Below, one piece after another: positions 45,235 to 54,742 of a stretch of 64,000 nucleotides of DNA. The stretch lies in the NCBI GenBank assembly GCA_963702425.1, contig CAVPCQ010000020.1, positions 32,001 through 96,000 on the forward strand, written 5' to 3'. The translations under genes were made by a program, and so were the position numbers. The notes below the pieces were generated by a model, which did not search any database, was not told the DNA's origin, and worked only from the letters and a program-made list of their open reading frames with translations. This DNA comes from an uncultured Acidobacteriota bacterium. Lineage in GTDB: Bacteria; Acidobacteriota; Polarisedimenticolia; J045. How positions within the stretch are numbered: the stretch's first letter is position 1; each line of letters starts with the position of its first letter.

Positions 45235-45791
45235 TTCGCGCCGGCCGCCGGAGCCGTCGCCGGCTTCGCGGCGTCGATCACCTTGATCAGATCGTCGGTC
45301 ACGTCGATCGACGGCGAGTAGTACGGGGCGACCTCGGTCGGCAGCAGGATGGTGTAGCCCTTGTCCTTGCCGTACCCACCGACCGCGGCGAGCACCGCAC
45401 GCTGCCACTGCTGCTGCGCCTGCTCGGCCTCGAGCTGCAACTCGCGCGAGGCGGACTTCTGCATCCCCTCCAGCTCGAGCTGCTTGCGCTCGATCTGCAT
45501 CAGCAGGTCCTTGCGCTTGTCCTCCGAGATGCTGACCGCACCGGCTGCGAACTGGTCCTGCAGCTTCTTGAGGTCCCCCTGGGTCTTCTCCAGCTCGCCG
45601 CGCTTCTTCTCCTGCAGCGCGTTGAGACGGGCCTGAATCCGCGCGCCTTCCGCGGTCTCCTGGGTGATGCGCTGCGGGTCGAAGACCCCGATCTTCAGCG
45701 CGGTCTGCGCATCGGCCGGCAGGGAGGCCAGCGCGAAGACGGCCGAGAGGGCGAGACCCAACGCGAGCGGGACGAGCTTCCTGGCGGTCAT
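45231..45791 (-). CDS. skp: OmpH/Skp periplasmic chaperone
   Basis: Signal peptide, KIGVFD, coiled coil, GY..L, DVTDDLIK. Confidence 0.9.
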   Translation of the reverse strand: MTARKLVPLALGLALSAVFALASLPADAQTALKIGVFDPQRITQETAEGARIQARLNALQEKKRGELEKTQGDLKKLQDQFAAGAVSISEDKRKDLLMQIERKQLELEGMQKSASRELQLEAEQAQQQWQRAVLAAVGGYGKDKGYTILLPTEVAPYYSPSIDVTDDLIKVIDAAKPATAPAAGAK

Positions 45792-45961
45792 GAATCGCTC
45801 CTTTGCGGAATCCGGGAAGAGGCGGACGCCGGCCGGGGCCGGCGGCGGCGGCCAAACGGCGGGATTCTAGCCCGAAACCGGGCCGCGCGCGGCACGCCGC
45901 CGCCGGGCGGGCCCGGCGGGACCGCCGCGGACCGCCCGGGAACGGCGTGGAAACCTCGCCG

Positions 45962-48397
45962 CTAGACGGTCGTCAGCGCGTTGCGGAAGGCCAGCTGGCC
46001 GTCCTCGCCGACGAGGATCTCGATCCCGCCCTGGCCCTGGATCTGGCCCTCGAAGATCTTCTCGGAGATCCGGTCCTCGATGTGGCGCTGGATTGCGCGC
46101 CGCAGCGGCCGGGCCCCCAGACGGCGGTCGGAGCAGGTGTTGTCGACCAGCCAGCGGAAGACCTCGGGGCGGGCCGTGAGGCGAATCCCCTTGTCGGCGA
46201 GCACCCCGTTGAGTTGCTCGATCATCAGGGACGAGATCGTCATCAGGTCCTCGTCCGACAGCGGATCGAAGACGATGATCTCGTCGATCCGGTTGATGAA
46301 CTCCGGGAGCAGCCGCTGGCGGACCACGGCGAGCACCTGGTCCTTGGTGTCCTTGACGGTCTCGGCCCACTTGGACGAGCCGAATCCCAGCCGTGCCTTG
46401 TTCGCCAGTTCCGACGAGCCGAGGTTGCTGGTCATGATGATGATCGTGTTCTTGAAGTCGATCAAGTCGCCGTAGGCGTCGGTGATCTGCCCGTCGTCGA
46501 GCACCTGCAGCAGGATATTCAGGACGTCGTCGTGGGCCTTCTCGATCTCGTCGAGCAGGAGGACCGAGTAAGGCTGGCGCTTGATGCGCTTGGTGAGCTG
46601 GCCCCCTTCCTCGTGGCCGACGTAGCCGGGGGGCGAGCCGATCATCTTCGCCACCGCGTGCTTCTCCATGTATTCGGACATGTCGAAGCGCACCATCGAC
46701 TTCTCTTCGCCGAAGAGGAACTCGGCCAGGGTCTTGGCGAGCTCCGTCTTCCCGACGCCGGTCGGGCCGAGGAAGACGAACGATCCGACCGGCCGGCGCG
46801 GGCTCTTGAGCCCGGCTCGCGAGCGGCGGATCGCCTTGGAGAGCGCCTGGATCGCGTCGTGCTGCCCGACGACCCGCTGGTGGAGGTACTCCTCCATGTG
46901 CAGCAAGCGATCCATCTCCTCTGCCTGCACGCGGGTCACCGGGATCCCGGTCCACTTGGCGATCACTTCCTCGACGTCCGCCCGGTCGACCTCGATCGGC
47001 GTCGCCGCCTCGCGCTCGGCCTGGTTGCGCAGCGCGTCGGCCTTCTCGCGTAGCGCGACCTCCTTGTCGTGCCAGGTCACGGCTTCATCGAAGTCCTTGC
47101 GCGCCAGCGCGGCCTTCATCCCCTCGACCGCGCGCTGGATCTCGCGCTCGACGTCGCGCAGCGCCCGGTACGATGTGCGCTTGCGCAGCTTGGCCCAGGC
47201 CCCGGCCTCGTCGATCACGTCGATCGCCTTGTCCGGCAGGAAGCGGTCCGTGATGTACCGGTTGGACTGGTAGACCGAAGCCCGGACCGCCTCGTCGGTG
47301 AAGGTCACGCCGTGGAAGCGCTCGTAGCGCTCCTTGATCCCCATCAGCACACCGATCGTCTCGTCCTCGCTCGGCGGGTGGACGTTGATCGGCTGGAAGC
47401 GGCGGACCAGCGCCCGGTCGCGCTCGATGTGCTTGTGGTAGTCGCGCGGCGTCGTGGCCCCGATGCACTGGACCTCGCCGCGCGACAGCGTCGGCTTGAG
47501 GATGTTCGCCGCGTCGAGCGAGCCCTCGGCCGACCCGGCGCCGATCAGCGTGTGGATCTCGTCGATGAAGAGGATCACGTCGCGGGCCGAAATCAGCTCC
47601 TGGATGATCCCCTTCAGGCGTTCTTCGAACTGGCCGCGGTACTTGGTGCCGGCGACGACCAGCGACAGGTCGAGCGCCAGGATCCGTTTCCCGGTCAGGG
47701 ACGGTGGCACGTCGCCGCCGACGATCCGCGTCGCGAGACCCTCCACGATCGCGGTCTTCCCGACGCCCGGCTCGCCCAGGAGCACCGGGTTGTTCTTGCG
47801 CCGGCGCGAGAGGACCTGGATCACTCGCTCGAGTTCGATCTCGCGCCCGATCAGCGGGTCGAAGCCGCCCTCGCGGGCGATCTTCGTCATGTCGCGACTG
47901 AACTCGTCGAGGAATGGCGTCTCCTTCTTTTTGCCCGGCGCCTTCCCCTGCGCCACGGCGCGCCGCTTGGCGAGGTTGATCACGTCCTCGCGCACGGTGT
48001 AGAGCCGCATCCCACGCTCGGCCAGGATTCGTCCCGCCGGTGCGTCGTCGACCCGGATCAGCCCCAGCAGCAGGTGCTCGACGTCAACCGCCGGCGACAT
48101 CAGGCCGCGCGATTCCTCCTGGGCGCACTCGAGCACCCGGCGCGCGTCCTCGGCGAACGGGATGTCGACGCCGCGCGAACCCTGCAGCAGGCTGCCCTGC
48201 CGCGTCTCCATCTCGGTCCGCAGCAGGTCGACCGACAGGTTCGAGCGGTGGAAGAGCTCCCGCACGAAGGGGTCGTCCTCGCGCAGCAGCCCGATCAGGA
48301 CGTGCTCGGTCCCGATCACCGCGGCGCCGCGCTGCGTCGCCTCGTAGCGGGCCAGGAAGAGCACGCGCTTCGCCTTCTCCGTGAACTGTTCGATCAT
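45962..48397 (-). CDS. clpC: ATP-dependent Clp protease ATP-binding subunit ClpC
   Basis: Clp N repeats, RRRKNNPVLLGEPGVGKT, RFLPDKAID, UVR-like middle domain, GPTGVGKTE, DMSEYMEKH, GSPPGYVG. Confidence 0.95.
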   Translation of the reverse strand: MIEQFTEKAKRVLFLARYEATQRGAAVIGTEHVLIGLLREDDPFVRELFHRSNLSVDLLRTEMETRQGSLLQGSRGVDIPFAEDARRVLECAQEESRGLMSPAVDVEHLLLGLIRVDDAPAGRILAERGMRLYTVREDVINLAKRRAVAQGKAPGKKKETPFLDEFSRDMTKIAREGGFDPLIGREIELERVIQVLSRRRKNNPVLLGEPGVGKTAIVEGLATRIVGGDVPPSLTGKRILALDLSLVVAGTKYRGQFEERLKGIIQELISARDVILFIDEIHTLIGAGSAEGSLDAANILKPTLSRGEVQCIGATTPRDYHKHIERDRALVRRFQPINVHPPSEDETIGVLMGIKERYERFHGVTFTDEAVRASVYQSNRYITDRFLPDKAIDVIDEAGAWAKLRKRTSYRALRDVEREIQRAVEGMKAALARKDFDEAVTWHDKEVALREKADALRNQAEREAATPIEVDRADVEEVIAKWTGIPVTRVQAEEMDRLLHMEEYLHQRVVGQHDAIQALSKAIRRSRAGLKSPRRPVGSFVFLGPTGVGKTELAKTLAEFLFGEEKSMVRFDMSEYMEKHAVAKMIGSPPGYVGHEEGGQLTKRIKRQPYSVLLLDEIEKAHDDVLNILLQVLDDGQITDAYGDLIDFKNTIIIMTSNLGSSELANKARLGFGSSKWAETVKDTKDQVLAVVRQRLLPEFINRIDEIIVFDPLSDEDLMTISSLMIEQLNGVLADKGIRLTARPEVFRWLVDNTCSDRRLGARPLRRAIQRHIEDRISEKIFEGQIQGQGGIEILVGEDGQLAFRNALTTV

Positions 48398-48415
48398 CGC
48401 GTCACCCGGGCGCCG

Positions 48416-49138
48416 TCACGGCGGGAGGAGGACGCCGCCGCCCTCCACACTGGAAGCGTACAACCGACCATCGTCCAGGCGCACGACCCGATCGCAGCGC
48501 GATGCCAGCCGGGCGCTGTGGGTCGCGACCAGGAGCGCGAACCGCTGGCGCCGCTGGAGCGCGAAGAGCGCGTCCAGGACCCGGTCGCCGGTCTTCGGGT
48601 CGAGATTCCCGGTGGGCTCGTCGGCGAGCACCACCGCCGGCTGACCGAACAACGCCCGGGCCACCGCCACCCGCTGCTGCTCGCCCCCTGAGAGCTCGTC
48701 CGGGAAGTGCTCTGCGCGGGGCGTGAGTCCCATCTGTTCAAGGAGTTGGCGTGCCCTGTCGAGCGATTCGCGCCGCGGTCGGCCGGCCACGAGACCGGCG
48801 AGCGCGACATTCTCGACCGCCGAGAACTCGGGAAGGAGCCCATGAAACTGGAAGATGAACCCCACTTCCGCGCGGCGCCACCGGGCCCGCTCCGCGGGCT
48901 CCCGGGGCAGCTCCAGGCCGCGGCAGCGCAGGGCCCCCCCGTCGGGCCGATCGAGGGCCCCGATCAGGTTCAGGAGGGTCGTCTTCCCGGTGCCGGACTC
49001 CCCCTGGATCGCCACACTTTCGCCTTCCCGGACCGTCAGGTCGACGCCGTCGAGGACGCGCACCGTGTCTCCCCCGCCGGCCCGTCGGTAGCTCTTGGCG
49101 AGGCCCTTCGCCTCGACGACGAACGCGCCGTCACTCAT
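48416..49138 (-). CDS. lolD: Lipoprotein-releasing ABC transporter ATPase LolD
   Basis: GESGTGKT, GFIFQFHGLLPEFSA.ENV, LSGGEQQR, ADEPTGNLD. Confidence 0.9.
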   Translation of the reverse strand: MSDGAFVVEAKGLAKSYRRAGGGDTVRVLDGVDLTVREGESVAIQGESGTGKTTLLNLIGALDRPDGGALRCRGLELPREPAERARWRRAEVGFIFQFHGLLPEFSAVENVALAGLVAGRPRRESLDRARQLLEQMGLTPRAEHFPDELSGGEQQRVAVARALFGQPAVVLADEPTGNLDPKTGDRVLDALFALQRRQRFALLVATHSARLASRCDRVVRLDDGRLYASSVEGGGVLLPP

Positions 49139-50405
49139 GACGCAGCGACTCCACCGGGTCGAGCCGCGCCGCGCGCCACGCCGGGTAGAGCGTCGCGATC
49201 AGCGCCACGACGACCGCCGTGCCGACGACGGCCGCGAGGTCGCCCGGACGGACGGTGAACGGCAGGTGGTCGAGGTAGTAGACGCTCGGGTCGAGCTTGA
49301 TCAGCTCGAATCGATCGAAGAGGAAGGTCAGGCCCACGCCGAGGAGGGCGCCGAGCAGCGTCCCCAGGACCCCCATCGACAGCCCCTGCAGCACGAAGAT
49401 CCGCATCACGCCGCCCGGCGTGGCGCCAAGCGCGACCAGCACTCCGATCTCGCGCCGCTTCTGGGTGACGGTCAGCACCAGCGTGCTGACGACCCCCAGC
49501 GCCGCGACGACGACGATCAACCCCACGGCGAAGAACATCAGCAGCTTCTCGAGCCGCAGCGCTGCGAAGAACGGGCGGTTGTGCTCGAGGATCGAGCTGA
49601 CGAAGAACCCGCCGCCCGACTCCGGCGCCGCGAGTGCGCGGCTCACCGCCTGCTGTGTCTCCTTCAGGTCGGCCAGGTCCCTCGTCCGCACCGCCAGCCG
49701 GTGCACCCCGGTCCCGGTGCCCCAGATCTCCTGCGCGGTCGCCAGCGGCACGAACGACCAGTTCAGGTCGTAGTCGTGGAATCCGGTCGCGAAGACCCCG
49801 ACGACCTCGAAGGTCGGCGTGCGGACCGAGACACCCCAGGGCGAAATCCGGGGCCGCGGAACCATGACCCGCACGACGTCCCCGACCGAGACGCCGAGGC
49901 GCGTCGCCATCTCGCGGCCGATCACGATCCCCGGCCGCCCGGACGGACCCGTCGCCGAAAGCGCGTCGAGCGAGCCTTCCTCGACGTTCTTCGCGACGTC
50001 GGTCACCTCGCGGCTCAGCGTCGGATCGATCCCGGACAGCGAGGTCCACTGAATCTCCCCGCCCGGGGCGACGATCCCGCCGTACCCCTGGACCACCGGC
50101 TCGGAGGCCGCAACCCCCGGAACTGCCGCCAGCAGCGCACGCGCCGCCCCGGGATCCTCGATCGTGCGCGTCGCGTTGACCGGGAAAACGATGAGGTGCG
50201 CGTTGGCCCCGAGGATGCGGCGCACGACGTCCTCCTGGAAGCCCGTCATGAGCGCCAGCGCGACGATCAGGGACGCCACGCCGACCAAGAACCCGAGCGC
50301 CGAGAGCAGCGAGATCAGGGAGAGGAATCCCTGCCTCCGGGCCAGCACGAAGCGGCGCGCGATGAACGGAGCGTAGGGTTCGCCGCGCGCATCCTCAGCG
50401 TGCAC
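49131..50405 (-). CDS. lolC: Lipoprotein-releasing ABC transporter permease LolC/E
   Basis: FLSLIS..S..G..VGVASLIV..LMTGF, LRLEK, REIGVL.ALGA, YYLDHLP, LYPAWRAARLDP. Confidence 0.9.
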   Translation of the reverse strand: MHAEDARGEPYAPFIARRFVLARRQGFLSLISLLSALGFLVGVASLIVALALMTGFQEDVVRRILGANAHLIVFPVNATRTIEDPGAARALLAAVPGVAASEPVVQGYGGIVAPGGEIQWTSLSGIDPTLSREVTDVAKNVEEGSLDALSATGPSGRPGIVIGREMATRLGVSVGDVVRVMVPRPRISPWGVSVRTPTFEVVGVFATGFHDYDLNWSFVPLATAQEIWGTGTGVHRLAVRTRDLADLKETQQAVSRALAAPESGGGFFVSSILEHNRPFFAALRLEKLLMFFAVGLIVVVAALGVVSTLVLTVTQKRREIGVLVALGATPGGVMRIFVLQGLSMGVLGTLLGALLGVGLTFLFDRFELIKLDPSVYYLDHLPFTVRPGDLAAVVGTAVVVALIATLYPAWRAARLDPVESLRHE

Positions 50406-51198
50406 GCTTGGCCACCCATTGTCCGCGGGGGATTCCCCCCTGGACCAGCTCGTAGCCCTGCCAGGTGCCGCGGATGCGCGTCCCGTCAGGGTCCAGCACG
50501 CCCTCGATCTCCGCGTCGCGGCCGCGCTCGGCGTCGATCCGCTGCAGGAAGAGCTTGCCGTTGACGAACGTCCCCTGCAGGCTCCCGCTCCCGTAGGACC
50601 CGAGCCGGTACTGCCCGGTCACGAGCGTGCCCGACTGGTCGAGGAAGAAGGTCCCCTGCACCCCGGCAGGCATCCAGGTCACGTCCCAGGCCCCGGTCAG
50701 CACCTCTTCCTGCATCGGGAGCCGCGTCCTGAGGTCCGCCACGCGCCGGGCCAGCGCGTCGCGCTCGCCGAGCATCCGGCGCAGGTCGAGCAGCCGCGCG
50801 TCGGCCTCCGCCCGGACCACGTCGACACGCGACCTGGCGGCCAGCAGTTCGCGGTACAGCAGCGTCAGAGACGACGCGGTGACCTCGCGCGCGCGCACCG
50901 CCTCGCGATCGAGCCGGTCCTGGGCCGCGACCAGCTCCTGGTCCGCGGCCGCACGCTCGAGCGCCACCTGGCGGTACTGGCGCGCCGCCTCGTTGATCAT
51001 GTCCTGGACGAGGCGTGCCCGCTCTTCCAGACCGGCGAGCGCGACCCCGATTTTGTGCGACTCGAGCGGGTTCGGCTCCTCCGCGCGCGCTGTTCCGGCC
51101 CCTTCCTCCTCGACCGCCCCGGTGACCGGCACGAGGGGAATGAACAGGGCCAGGGCCAGCCCCAGCCGCAGCGCCGTGCGGTCACGCACGCTCATCAT
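50395..51198 (-). CDS. Secreted hypothetical protein: coiled coil + small C-terminal beta-barrel-like domain
   Basis: Signal peptide, long helical heptad region, C-terminal Gly/Trp beta strands (LTGAWDVTW..IRGTW..GQWVAKR); overlaps both neighbours. Confidence 0.7.
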   Translation of the reverse strand: MMSVRDRTALRLGLALALFIPLVPVTGAVEEEGAGTARAEEPNPLESHKIGVALAGLEERARLVQDMINEAARQYRQVALERAAADQELVAAQDRLDREAVRAREVTASSLTLLYRELLAARSRVDVVRAEADARLLDLRRMLGERDALARRVADLRTRLPMQEEVLTGAWDVTWMPAGVQGTFFLDQSGTLVTGQYRLGSYGSGSLQGTFVNGKLFLQRIDAERGRDAEIEGVLDPDGTRIRGTWQGYELVQGGIPRGQWVAKRAR

Positions 51199-51997
51199 CG
51201 CCGTCTCCCGCGGGGATCGTCCCGTGGCGATCGTAGTCTCGCGCCGGCCCGTGCGGCAAGCCGGCGAACCGCCGCCGGACGACGCCGACGAGCGGCGAGA
51301 GGACGTAGCCGGCGATCAGCGCCGGGACCATCCACTCGCCGAGCGCGACGAATCCGGCCAGGATCAGCGCCCAGCCCGCCAGCACCCGGTACGGTCGCAG
51401 TCCGAAGCGCAGGTCCTTGAAGGAGCGGTAGCGGATCTTGCTCACCATCAGCAGGCCCGCGAGCGCGACCAGCGCCGCAAAGAGCGGCACGTACTCCCGC
51501 GGGATCCGCTCCCCCTCGGTGATCAGCGCTGGGCAGACCGCGATCGCCGCCGCGGTCGGGCTGGGCAGCCCGATGAAGTAACGCGGGTCCTGCATCCCGG
51601 CGGAGAACCGGGCCAGCCGGATCACCCCGCAGGCGGTGAACAGGAAGGCCGTTGCCCATCCGACGCGGTGCAGCCCGTCGAGGCCGGCGAAGAAGGCAAA
51701 CAGGGAGGGTGCCACCGCGAACGAGATCCCGTCCGCGATCGAGTCCAACTGCTCGCCGAACTCGCTCGTCGTGCCCGTCATGCGGGCGATCCGGCCGTCG
51801 AGCCCGTCGAGCACGGTCGCACCCAGCACGAGCAGCGCGGCCACGGCGAGGTGCCCCTGGGCAGCCATGATGATCGACGCGAAGCCGGCGAGGACGTTGC
51901 CCAGCGTCAGCATGCCCGGGAGCCAGCCGGCGACGCCGCGCAGGCGTGTCCCGATGGGGTGCGGCGAGTGATGGGGGCGGCGGGGCGGCGCGGTCAC
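51182..51997 (-). CDS. pssA: CDP-diacylglycerol--serine O-phosphatidyltransferase
   Basis: LP..LT.GN, DGLDGRIAR..TSEFG.QLDSIAD.ISF, RLARF, FIGLPSP. Confidence 0.93.
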   Translation of the reverse strand: MTAPPRRPHHSPHPIGTRLRGVAGWLPGMLTLGNVLAGFASIIMAAQGHLAVAALLVLGATVLDGLDGRIARMTGTTSEFGEQLDSIADGISFAVAPSLFAFFAGLDGLHRVGWATAFLFTACGVIRLARFSAGMQDPRYFIGLPSPTAAAIAVCPALITEGERIPREYVPLFAALVALAGLLMVSKIRYRSFKDLRFGLRPYRVLAGWALILAGFVALGEWMVPALIAGYVLSPLVGVVRRRFAGLPHGPARDYDRHGTIPAGDGDDERA

Positions 51998-52683
51998 GGC
52001 GCAGCCGCCGCGGCGTCGCGCCAGCGCGCGATCGCGCTCGTTCCGCCGCGCACGGTGTCGCCGGCCCGCACCAGCGGCTCGGCCCCCGGCGGCAGGGTCA
52101 CCTGGGTGCACGATCCGAAGCGAATCAGCCCGTAGCGTGCCCCGGCCGCGAGCCGCTGGCCGGGCGCGACGCGCACCACGATCCGCCGCGCGATCAGCCC
52201 GGCGACCTGCGCCACCGCGACGTCGCCGCGGGCTGTCTCGAGCACGAGATCGGTGCGCTCGTTGACCTCGGTCGCCTCCGGCCGGTAGGCCGCGAGGAAC
52301 CGCCCCGGACGGTGCGTCACGCTCGCCACCCGCCCGGCGACGGGAGCGCGGTTGACGTGAACGTTGAAGACGTTGAGGAAGATCGTGACGACGAGGCCAT
52401 CTTTCTCGGCACGAACCTCGGTGACGCGTCCGTCGGCGGGCGACAGCACCAGCGCGGGGTCGTCGGGGATGGCGCGGTCAGGATCGCGGAAGAACCAGGC
52501 GGAGAACAGGCCGAGTGCCGCGACCGGCAGAGCCAGCACCGCCCACGGTGGCGGCGCGAACAGCAGCGAGGCCGCGGCGATGAGCGGAACGGCCACGAAG
52601 GGAATCCCCGCGCGGTCGATGGGAAGCCGCCGCCGCGGCATGGACGCGGCCGCTTCAGAACGGGTCGGGGCGGGAGATGTCAT
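51994..52683 (-). CDS. psd: Phosphatidylserine decarboxylase proenzyme
   Basis: WFFRDPDR, SPADG, IFLNVFNVHVNRAP, QVAGLIARRI, IRFGS self-cleavage motif; start uncertain (52641/52683/52758). Confidence 0.93.
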   Translation of the reverse strand: MTSPAPTRSEAAASMPRRRLPIDRAGIPFVAVPLIAAASLLFAPPPWAVLALPVAALGLFSAWFFRDPDRAIPDDPALVLSPADGRVTEVRAEKDGLVVTIFLNVFNVHVNRAPVAGRVASVTHRPGRFLAAYRPEATEVNERTDLVLETARGDVAVAQVAGLIARRIVVRVAPGQRLAAGARYGLIRFGSCTQVTLPPGAEPLVRAGDTVRGGTSAIARWRDAAAAAP

Positions 52684-52757
52684 CGGTTTTTGCGAGGCTA
52701 GCACCCGGCCGCCGTCGGGGGCAACAAAGCGCCAGCCCCCGGGAAACGAGGGCGGCA

Positions 52758-53891
52758 TCAACCGTTCGTGACGTTGTTCCGGCCCAGAACGAGGCTCATC
52801 AGGAGGGCGTCCTCGCCATCGCCGTAGTAGCGTCGCCGCCGCCCCACCGGCACGAAGCCTTCCGACGCGTAGAGCGCGATGGCGGCGGCATTCCCGGCCC
52901 GGACCTCGAGGTCGGCACGCTCCGCCAGGGCCGCACGCGCCCGCTCGAGGAGCGCACCCACGAGCAAGCGGCCCAGGCCGCGGCCGCGCGCGCGCGGCCG
53001 GACCGCCACGCTCTGGATCTCGAGCGTGTCGACCGCGAGGCGCGCCAGCGCCGCGGCGTCGAGCCCGCCATCGGCTCCCACCACGCCGAGCGCGACGTGA
53101 CCGGGGCCGCCGTGCAACTCATCGCTCAACATCGCACGGCTCCACGGCTCGGCGAAACACTCGCGCTCGACCGCGAGCAGGCGATCGAGGTCCGCCGGCG
53201 CCAGCCGGACGATCGCCGCCACCGTTCCGGAAGCGCGACGACCGGCCGGCAGCACGGCGTCGGGGGGCAGGAGATAGCTCGGGCCGGGGACGTGATCGAC
53301 GATCGGGAGGCACCCCGCGGCGACCAGCCGCGCGAGCGCCGGGGCCGCGTCGATCGTCGTCTCGACCGGCCGGACCCCCTCGCCCCAGGTGAGACCCGAG
53401 GTGCCGCGCGGGACCGCGATCGCCGAACCAGCGAGATCGAGCCGCAGGGGGAGCGACGCGAGCGGGAGCAGAGCCGCCTCCTCGGGCCGCGCGCCGTCTT
53501 CGTGCGCTCGCGCGAGCAGCACGCGCCAGCGGCCCCAGGGGATCGCGACCCACGCCGGCAGCGGCAATCCGGCCGCCTCGGCCAGCAGCCTCGGGCTGTC
53601 GGCGAACGCGACCGGCAGCGCCCCGCCCGCAGCCGAGAGCCCCTGGGCCAGGCCGAGCGCGACGCGCAATCCCGTGGTCGAACCGGGCCCGACTCCGACC
53701 GCGAGCCCGGCCAGTGCCGCCGGCGCAACGGCGTGCCGTGCGAGGAGGTCCCGCGCGGCGCGCACGAGATCCAGGCGCACGCCGCGGGACGGGTCGAGGG
53801 GCGCCGCGCCGAGCACGCGCCCATCGACGACGAGCGCGGCCCCCGCGGGATGCAGCGCTCCCTCGAGCACCAGCACGGCGCCCCGCGTCAC
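52758..53891 (-). CDS. tsaB-rimI: TsaB (t6A biosynthesis) - RimI (N-acetyltransferase) fusion
   Basis: VGVGPGSTTGLR (TsaB) and E..CF.EPWS, AVRP.ARGRGLGR, LEVRAGN..AIALY..GF..GRRRRYY..GEDALLM (RimI) in one frame. Confidence 0.82.
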   Translation of the reverse strand: MTRGAVLVLEGALHPAGAALVVDGRVLGAAPLDPSRGVRLDLVRAARDLLARHAVAPAALAGLAVGVGPGSTTGLRVALGLAQGLSAAGGALPVAFADSPRLLAEAAGLPLPAWVAIPWGRWRVLLARAHEDGARPEEAALLPLASLPLRLDLAGSAIAVPRGTSGLTWGEGVRPVETTIDAAPALARLVAAGCLPIVDHVPGPSYLLPPDAVLPAGRRASGTVAAIVRLAPADLDRLLAVERECFAEPWSRAMLSDELHGGPGHVALGVVGADGGLDAAALARLAVDTLEIQSVAVRPRARGRGLGRLLVGALLERARAALAERADLEVRAGNAAAIALYASEGFVPVGRRRRYYGDGEDALLMSLVLGRNNVTNG

Positions 53892-54742
53892 GATCCGCCG
53901 CCCCGCGGCGCCGTGGCCTGCCGCGCCTCGCGGCGAGGGGAGGCCTTCGGAGGGGTCGCGGCCCCCCGCGCGAGGATCGTCACCGGCGTGCCGACCGGGA
54001 GCAGCGCGTGGAGCTCGCGCACGTCCGGGTTGAACAGCGACACGCAGCCGTTCGTCCAGTCGAGGTACTCGCGCATCGCGGCCGGATCGGCGTCGCCGGG
54101 CTCGAACGCGGCGGGAAGATGTTCGGAACGCTTCCGGTGCCTGGCAAGTTGGGTCGCGGTGAGCGCCGGCTGCTGGCCGTGGAGCAGGATCAGCCCACCG
54201 AGCGCCGTGCCGGACGGCGGGCACTCCCCGCGGGCCAGGGCCGCCGCGATCGCGTCGCGCTCCCGGCGGCTGATGCGTCCCGCGCGCAGCGCGTCCTCGG
54301 CATCGTCGAGGTTGGGGTAGCTGATCCACAGGGCCCGGTGGTACTTCGAAAGCGTGCGGTTGCAAAGGAAGTAGGTCCCCTCCGGGGTCCGCTTGTCGCC
54401 TCGCCGCGACTTGTGCCCCGTAGGCCGCTGGCCGAGTTGCGCCCGGTAGGCCTTGACCATCCGCTCGCCGACCCAGAGTTCCACCCGCCGCTCCGATTTG
54501 ATCACGATCAGCCGGGCGCCCGCGAGGCGACCGTCGACCAGCGGGATCCCGGCGCGCTCGAGGATCGCGGCGAGCGATTCGTCGGGCCCGTAGAGCCCGG
54601 GGGCATAGGTCGCGTAGGTCCAGCCGAACGGTCCCTCGCGCGAAGCCTCGGCCCGCGCTCCGGGTCCGAGGTCGAAGCCCGCCGTCCAGAGCGCCGCGGC
54701 GAGCGCCGCGATCCGGGTCGCGCGCCGCCGACAGCGCATCAC
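53888..54742 (-). CDS. YkuD-family L,D-transpeptidase-like protein (YafK/DpaA-like)
   Basis: VIKSERR, GHK.RRGDKRTPEG.Y, ISYPN..D, LGG.I..HG...WTNGC. Confidence 0.85.
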   Translation of the reverse strand: MMRCRRRATRIAALAAALWTAGFDLGPGARAEASREGPFGWTYATYAPGLYGPDESLAAILERAGIPLVDGRLAGARLIVIKSERRVELWVGERMVKAYRAQLGQRPTGHKSRRGDKRTPEGTYFLCNRTLSKYHRALWISYPNLDDAEDALRAGRISRRERDAIAAALARGECPPSGTALGGLILLHGQQPALTATQLARHRKRSEHLPAAFEPGDADPAAMREYLDWTNGCVSLFNPDVRELHALLPVGTPVTILARGAATPPKASPRREARQATAPRGGGS

